Source of the DNA: Nitrospira sp.
GTDB taxonomy: Bacteria; Nitrospirota; Nitrospiria; Nitrospirales; Nitrospiraceae
Assembly: GCA_047150005.1 (NCBI GenBank)
Contig: AP038806.1
Coordinates: forward strand, 1,152,001 to 1,216,000
DNA: 64,000 nt
Direction: 5' to 3'
Part shown: one piece after another, positions 58,763 through 64,000 of the stretch
Numbering within the stretch: position 1 is the stretch's first letter
Layout of the letters: each line of letters opens with the position of its first letter
Position numbers and translations under genes: made by a program
Notes under the pieces: model-generated
Seen by the model: the letters and a program-made list of their open reading frames with translations, nothing else
The model's database searches: none
Told to the model about the DNA's origin: nothing

Positions 58763-60184
58763 TCAGCGACGCATCAGCAGGTGAAAGTAATCCACCGGAC
58801 TCGGCGGAGCCGTGAGTGCGATGAGAAAAGAGTGCGGGTCGTAGCCGATTTCTTCTAGATTTCTCGAGGCGCCTGTCAGTTCTTCTTCAGTCAGATACGC
58901 GACCGTATCCGGCACACCGGTGGCCTTCAAGCCATCGACCAGCGCTTGCATGCCGTCACGCTCGGCCGCCGGCGTATCTACGCCGAGCGGAAATTCAATC
59001 TTCCTCTCGTAAGGGCTCTGATACACCTCGTCTAAGGCCCGGATGGTTTGAAGCATCAACCGATCCTGTTCCCAGGGTTCCATCTTTGTCCCGGCCGACG
59101 GATGGGTCGCCAAGAGATCCATGAGGGTCAGGACATTGGTTTCCAGGCTACACCCGATGAACTCGCGCTGACTTTCTACAGTCACCTTGCCCGCGCCCAG
59201 TTGCTTGCCGACGGCTTCCACAAGTGGGAAATTCACCATATAGCTCTGCTGACCTCCAAACTGGCCGGAGCACGGCTTATCGGGATCATTGAGCACCTTC
59301 AGGTCCGTACTGCCCGCATCAAAGCTACTGAATCCCACCGCATCGGGAGCCAAGAGACGTTTGGCCTCCCTCAAGGTTATGAACGCGCCGATATTGACTG
59401 GGACGACGACTTGTTCATCGATGCGCCGGAGGAATTCCGTGACGGTCTTACGGTGGGGCGCCTCCTTCCAGTCAACGGATCGATACTCCCGTTCCCACAC
59501 GAGGTCGTCGAAAAACGGAGGAAACCGTCTGAGTGTCTCCACGTCCTTCGCGTCAAACGCTCGCACAAACGCGGCCCAATCATCGATCTTGGCATGAAGT
59601 GCATCGCTGAGATTGGGGCGCAGGAATTCTTCCTCGATGTCTCCGGCCTGCCGGCACATCAACTTGGTGGGTAAATCGTTCCAGAGTTCGTTGCAGATGA
59701 TCCGATCCACCGTTCCCTCGGCAACATCGGGGATACGATCGACCGTCGCACAGAGGGATTCAATCCGATCACGATGCTGGGCCAAGGCGGAAGACGCGAC
59801 CGCTCCATCCAAGAGGGACTGCTCCCAATCCACCATCACATAACGAATTCGGGGATAGACCTGCTCTTCTTTGTCGAGCGTTCGGAGATGCGACAGGAAG
59901 CAGGCTGCGAGGTTCCCGTTTCCGGGCCCCCATTCCATGACCGTGAGAGGGGATGAGTCCTTCGCGGGATGCGACGGCGAGGCGTCCCGCTTCACGACCT
60001 TCTCAAAATAGTCCGCAGCAAGGGCGTGGGCCAACCGATAGTCGGCCGACGCAAAGGTTTGATAATAGTTCCGGATTTGATTGCTCCGGAACCTATAAAA
60101 GAGCTGATTAACGTGGACTTGCCATTGATCGACTGGCTTGTAGTCGCCGATCAGCTGAGGAAGCGCATCTGCGTCTTGCAACAT
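58763..60184 (-). CDS. SAM-dependent methyltransferase, MidA/NDUFAF7-like
   Basis: VMEWGPGNGNLA, RYVMVD, ICNELWNDLP. Confidence 0.75.
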   Translation of the reverse strand: MLQDADALPQLIGDYKPVDQWQVHVNQLFYRFRSNQIRNYYQTFASADYRLAHALAADYFEKVVKRDASPSHPAKDSSPLTVMEWGPGNGNLAACFLSHLRTLDKEEQVYPRIRYVMVDWEQSLLDGAVASSALAQHRDRIESLCATVDRIPDVAEGTVDRIICNELWNDLPTKLMCRQAGDIEEEFLRPNLSDALHAKIDDWAAFVRAFDAKDVETLRRFPPFFDDLVWEREYRSVDWKEAPHRKTVTEFLRRIDEQVVVPVNIGAFITLREAKRLLAPDAVGFSSFDAGSTDLKVLNDPDKPCSGQFGGQQSYMVNFPLVEAVGKQLGAGKVTVESQREFIGCSLETNVLTLMDLLATHPSAGTKMEPWEQDRLMLQTIRALDEVYQSPYERKIEFPLGVDTPAAERDGMQALVDGLKATGVPDTVAYLTEEELTGASRNLEEIGYDPHSFLIALTAPPSPVDYFHLLMRR

Positions 60185-60395
60185 CGCACACCAAGCTGTG
60201 ACAGTTTGCTTCGGGACTCGCGCTGCGTGACACCTATGTGAGCACCATGGTGCTGTGCAATCCGAAATTTTAGCAGATGGCCTGAAACCGCCGCAATGGG
60301 TGGGCGTTGCTCCACCAGGCTCGCAGACTCGGCAAGAATCTCCGGACCTCCGGGCACAGCTTGACAGCCTCCACCAGCCGGTGTACGAAATCATC

Positions 60396-60980
60396 ATGCA
60401 TACGGGTGCTCGGTCGCTCCTTCTCTTGCCGAGGACGTTTTCAGTCGGATTCCTCCTGTGTTTCCAAACCCTGTCGATCGCACTCGGAGAAGAAATTCCG
60501 CTTACCAAGAATTCATCCATTTCCGAGTTTCAGAACCGATCGGAAGAGGTCCGGCCGTACGATTTTGATGCCCCGCCGAAAGGCATGTTCAGAGACATCA
60601 CCTTGGCCGAAGGATTCGACGAGGAACTTGGATTCCGCCGAACCCACGAGATCGTGCCGATCAAGCCGACGGACAGGTTCCTCCCCGGCACAGCGGGCAT
60701 TTTTGTCGTCTTTCAGCTGCACCAGCATTATCAAGCTTTCCAGGTCTTCGGTCGATGTTTTCCCGAGGCAGTCGCCGGTTTGAATCCCGACACGATGATC
60801 GGCCAAGACGCCATGTATATCGCACTCGAAGACGAGTCAGGCTACCTTCGGCTGACTCCTCCTGTTGGCGGGTGGAAGCCGGGTCGCTACAAGGTCGAAA
60901 TCCACGCGGGGGAACAAATCAACGAAATGTCGTTGATCGGGACGATGCGCTTCACGGTCGTGGCGGATCTGAAGCCGTAA
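60396..60980 (+). CDS. Exported hypothetical protein
   Basis: Signal-like N-terminus, beta-rich C-terminal domain (GWKPGRYKVEI); start uncertain. Confidence 0.65.
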   Translation: MHTGARSLLLLPRTFSVGFLLCFQTLSIALGEEIPLTKNSSISEFQNRSEEVRPYDFDAPPKGMFRDITLAEGFDEELGFRRTHEIVPIKPTDRFLPGTAGIFVVFQLHQHYQAFQVFGRCFPEAVAGLNPDTMIGQDAMYIALEDESGYLRLTPPVGGWKPGRYKVEIHAGEQINEMSLIGTMRFTVVADLKP

Positions 60981-61194
60981 CCCGCTCGCGCGTCGGACCG
61001 CATTTGCGCCGCAATCAGGATATCTTCCGCATTCTGATCCGCTCCTCTTTCCCGGTCGAGGCGTGCTCAGCGCCCGCTACGCTCCGAGCACCGGCGGATC
61101 GGTTGCCTTCCCAACCATCATTTTCACCGACACCGGCGACCGTCGCGATCGAAACTCATCCGACGAGTCGACTGAAACAGCCGCGGAGCGCGGT

Positions 61195-61223
61195 TTGACG
61201 GTCTGCGGAGCATTCTGTAGAAT
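61195..61223 (+). promoter_or_regulatory. Sigma70-type promoter of the GT2-LAB_N-ArnT operon
   Basis: TTGACG-N17-TAGAAT. Confidence 0.7.
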
Positions 61224-61273
61224 GATGGCGTGATCGCGGGGTCCGTTATGTGTGCGCCGGTTTCCCATTCTGC

Positions 61274-62017
61274 ATGAGTGCCCTTCCTCCATGGGCTTCG
61301 ATCCTCATTCCGGTCAAGGACGAGGTTGAGAACCTCGCGCCCTTGACCCACAGCCTCCTCAAAGTCATGCATTCTCATCCTCGCTCACAGAGCCGGCCAT
61401 TCGAGATCATCTTCATTGATGACGGGAGCACGGACGGAAGCAGCGAGCTGATGGACCGGTTGGCGGCGGAGCACCGTGAAGTTCGTACGATTCATTTTGA
61501 CCGGAACTATGGCAAGACGGCGGCCCTGGATGCCGGCTTCAAACAATCATTTGGAGAGATCATCATTCATATCGATGCCGATCTTCAACAGGACAGCGAC
61601 GATATTCTGTTGATGCTGCCGTTCATGGGGACTTATGACGTTGTGTGCGGATGGAGGAAAGACCGTCAGGACAATCTCGTGCGGAAGCTTTCTTCCCGAA
61701 TCGCCAACTTCATCCGAAATATCTTTACTCGCGACGGCATTCACGATACAGGATGCCCCCTAAAAATATTCCGGCGACCGGTTTTGGATAAACTATACCT
61801 GTTTGAAGGCATGCACCGCTTCTTTCCGGCACTGGCTCTTATGCACGGGTTTACTATTACGGAGGTCTCGGTCCGCCACTACCCGCGCATCCATGGGGTG
61901 TCAAAATTCGGAGTCGGCAATCGACTGTTCAAAAGTCTCTACGACCTGATTGCGGTCCGGTGGATGCACCATCGCGTATTGCGATACCACTATCGATCGT
62001 CCCCTGTCACCAAGTAA
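61274..62017 (+). CDS. Glycosyltransferase family 2, ArnC/DPM-like
   Basis: IPVKDE, IDDGSTD, RNYGKTAAL, DADLQ, DTGCPLK. Confidence 0.92.
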   Translation: MSALPPWASILIPVKDEVENLAPLTHSLLKVMHSHPRSQSRPFEIIFIDDGSTDGSSELMDRLAAEHREVRTIHFDRNYGKTAALDAGFKQSFGEIIIHIDADLQQDSDDILLMLPFMGTYDVVCGWRKDRQDNLVRKLSSRIANFIRNIFTRDGIHDTGCPLKIFRRPVLDKLYLFEGMHRFFPALALMHGFTITEVSVRHYPRIHGVSKFGVGNRLFKSLYDLIAVRWMHHRVLRYHYRSSPVTK

Positions 62018-62042
62018 CCAGGCGGTTACCCGAAGAACTGCC

Positions 62043-62348
62043 ATGTCCAGCGTAGAGGTCATTTGGATTGCGATCGGATTCTTGGGCCAGGGCCTGTTCT
62101 TCGGCCGTTGGGTCGTTCAATGGATCGCTTCGGAACGGACCGCAAAGAGTCAGGTCCCGATCGCATTCTGGTATATGAGTCTTATCGGGGGCATGATTAC
62201 TCTGGCCTATGCCATTTATCGAAAAGATCCCGTGTTTATAGCCGGGCAAGGAGTCGGATCCGTGGTCTACATCAGAAACCTCATGCTCATTCATCGATCC
62301 AACCACGATCAGACCGCACAACGCCCATCCTCAGTCGGTAACTCCTGA
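62043..62348 (+). CDS. Lipid A biosynthesis N-terminal (LAB_N) domain membrane protein
   Basis: GFLGQGLFFGRWVVQWIASE, FWYMSLIGG, DPVFIAGQ. Confidence 0.9.
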   Translation: MSSVEVIWIAIGFLGQGLFFGRWVVQWIASERTAKSQVPIAFWYMSLIGGMITLAYAIYRKDPVFIAGQGVGSVVYIRNLMLIHRSNHDQTAQRPSSVGNS

Positions 62349-62354
62349 TCAACC

Positions 62355-64000
62355 GTGTCACTGCACCCACACCCCTCAGCGGAGCCGATACCGATGGCCA
62401 AGCACCTGGTGAACCTTACGATCCTCCTGGCGCTGGCCGGAACGCTCCTCTTCGTCGGGCTGGGCTCGATCGGCCTCACGGACCGGGACGAGGGTCGCAA
62501 CGCGGAAGCCGGTCGAGAAATGCTGGAAACCGGCGATTGGATTACGCCGACGTTCAACTATGAACCGCGCTTCTATAAACCGGCGCTGGTCTACTGGCTG
62601 ATGAGCGGATCCTATTCTCTCTTCGGAGTCAACGAGTTCGCCGCCAGATTTCCCTCCGCGCTGTTCGGCACCGCACTCATCCTGGTCCAATATTGGTTCT
62701 CCGTGTGTTGGCAGGCCCCCCACATTGGGTTGTTCAGCGCCCTCATGCTGTTGCTCAACATTGAAATGATCGGACTGAACCGCATGGCTTTGACAGACAG
62801 CGTGTTGGTGTTCTTTACCACGACGGCACAATTCGCATTCTGGGCCGGCCTTCATGGGACTGGACGCCGCTATTGGATGTGGTGGTTCTATGCCGCGATG
62901 GGTATTGCGACGCTGGCCAAAGGGCCGGTCGGCTTTATCGTGCCCCTCATCACCATGATCCTCTATCTCTCTTTCACGCGGCGGTGGGGACAATTCTGGC
63001 GCGAAGGCTATCCTCTGCTGGGCACCGGCCTGTTCGTCCTTGTCACTCTTCCTTGGTACGGTACGATGTTGGCCATTCACGGCGCAACTTACGTCACGAT
63101 CGCCAAGGCCCAGACGGTAGGGCGGTTCATGGCCCCCATGGAAGGCCACGGCTTCGGCCTGTTCTTCTACGTTCCTGTTCTGCTGTTGGGATTTTTCCCG
63201 TGGAGCGCACTCTTACCGATGTCGATGTACGGGTGCCTCAAGGCATGGAGGGCGGCGCGCAGGACGGGAGGATCTGCTCCACAACCGGCGATCTCCGGCG
63301 TCGCAGCCGTACCCCACGAACTCGAGTTGTTCGCCAGCCTCTGGGTGATCGGGTCGTTCGTGTTCTTCACACTTTCTTCGACAAGGCTGCAACACTACAT
63401 AGCACCCCTCTTTCCGGCGGCGGCTCTGCTCACTGCAACCTATTGGCACCGGAGCTTGGTCGACCCGACCACCAAAGGAGTGCGCGCAGCGATTCACCTG
63501 ATGATGGGTTTGGGCTTTCTGCTCGCGCTGGGACTGTCCTCTATTCCGTGGATCTATTCCCGTTTCTCAGACAAGATGCTGAAAGAGTTCCCGGCCGCCG
63601 GGCTTCTTGATCCCAGTGCGTGGAACGCCGGTCCCTATGTTGCCGCGCTGATCTTGCTGATCGGAATGGCGATGGTGGGCTATTGGGGTCTACACGAACA
63701 GCGTCGCGCCGGAGCATTCTGGGCGGCGGGCGCAACATTGGCCTTGGTCACGTTGATCGCCATCAGGCTCAGCCTGCCCCTGATGAACCAGTACTTCGTC
63801 GCTCCTCCGCAGGAACTGGCCTATGCCGCCGGGGTCAATCTGGGGCCGTCTGACCATTTTGTCGTCTATGGGGCCACCAGGCCTTCGACCATCTTCTATG
63901 CCAGGCGACAGGCTGTCTTCGTTCCCTTCGGCGAAGAAGAGACGATCCGTCTCACCCTGGCCAAACCGGGCCGGACGATGGTCTTGCTTCCGGAACGTTT
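62355..64000 (+). CDS. ArnT-like GT-C/PMT-family glycosyltransferase (runs off window; not in ORF track)
   Basis: Manual translation: DRDEGRNAEAGREM..DWITP..KPALVYW, LAKGPVG, FFPWS, YIAPLFP. Confidence 0.9.
   Translation, partial: MSLHPHPSAEPIPMAKHLVNLTILLALAGTLLFVGLGSIGLTDRDEGRNAEAGREMLETGDWITPTFNYEPRFYKPALVYWLMSGSYSLFGVNEFAARFPSALFGTALILVQYWFSVCWQAPHIGLFSALMLLLNIEMIGLNRMALTDSVLVFFTTTAQFAFWAGLHGTGRRYWMWWFYAAMGIATLAKGPVGFIVPLITMILYLSFTRRWGQFWREGYPLLGTGLFVLVTLPWYGTMLAIHGATYVTIAKAQTVGRFMAPMEGHGFGLFFYVPVLLLGFFPWSALLPMSMYGCLKAWRAARRTGGSAPQPAISGVAAVPHELELFASLWVIGSFVFFTLSSTRLQHYIAPLFPAAALLTATYWHRSLVDPTTKGVRAAIHLMMGLGFLLALGLSSIPWIYSRFSDKMLKEFPAAGLLDPSAWNAGPYVAALILLIGMAMVGYWGLHEQRRAGAFWAAGATLALVTLIAIRLSLPLMNQYFVAPPQELAYAAGVNLGPSDHFVVYGATRPSTIFYARRQAVFVPFGEEETIRLTLAKPGRTMVLLPER

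Overview
Bacterial chromosomal window, most likely Nitrospira (inferred from the style of the core genes at 43-64 kb; no rRNA is present to confirm). It has four parts. (1) 0.3-23.4 kb: a co-oriented minus-strand stress/redox block with OYE, PoxB, FdhA, GlcG, a Rieske-flavodoxin fusion, an unannotated 45-aa metallothionein, a CDGSH protein, an NDH-2/cNMP/CBS fusion, polyphosphate glucokinase, a group-2 Mrp/Pha antiporter operon, an Fe/Mn SOD and an RND pump. (2) 23.5-25.4 kb: a scar of three gene remnants plus an intact IS5 inserted in a ccoN-like fragment. (3) 25.5-42.5 kb: an accessory island around an OmpR-family two-component system, with paired paralogs (2 XRE-S24 regulators that lack the usual autocleavage residues, 2 CBS proteins, 2 secreted repeat proteins), USP, HPF-like, Rnk and transaldolase. 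Two of its promoters share an exact TTCA-N7-TTCA-N7-WTCA-N11-TAnnnT architecture. The island is interrupted by an IS5-type MITE and an AT-richer surface-glycosylation cassette. (4) 43-64 kb: mostly core-like genes (radical SAMs, EVE, YdcF, ThrH, alginate-export-type porin, Tat, ArnC/LAB_N/ArnT), with two further small genes missed by the ORF track, a 59-aa His-rich peptide and an ATC-initiated basic protein. No tRNA, rRNA or CRISPR array was seen. All family assignments come from motif recognition by eye; no database searches were run.
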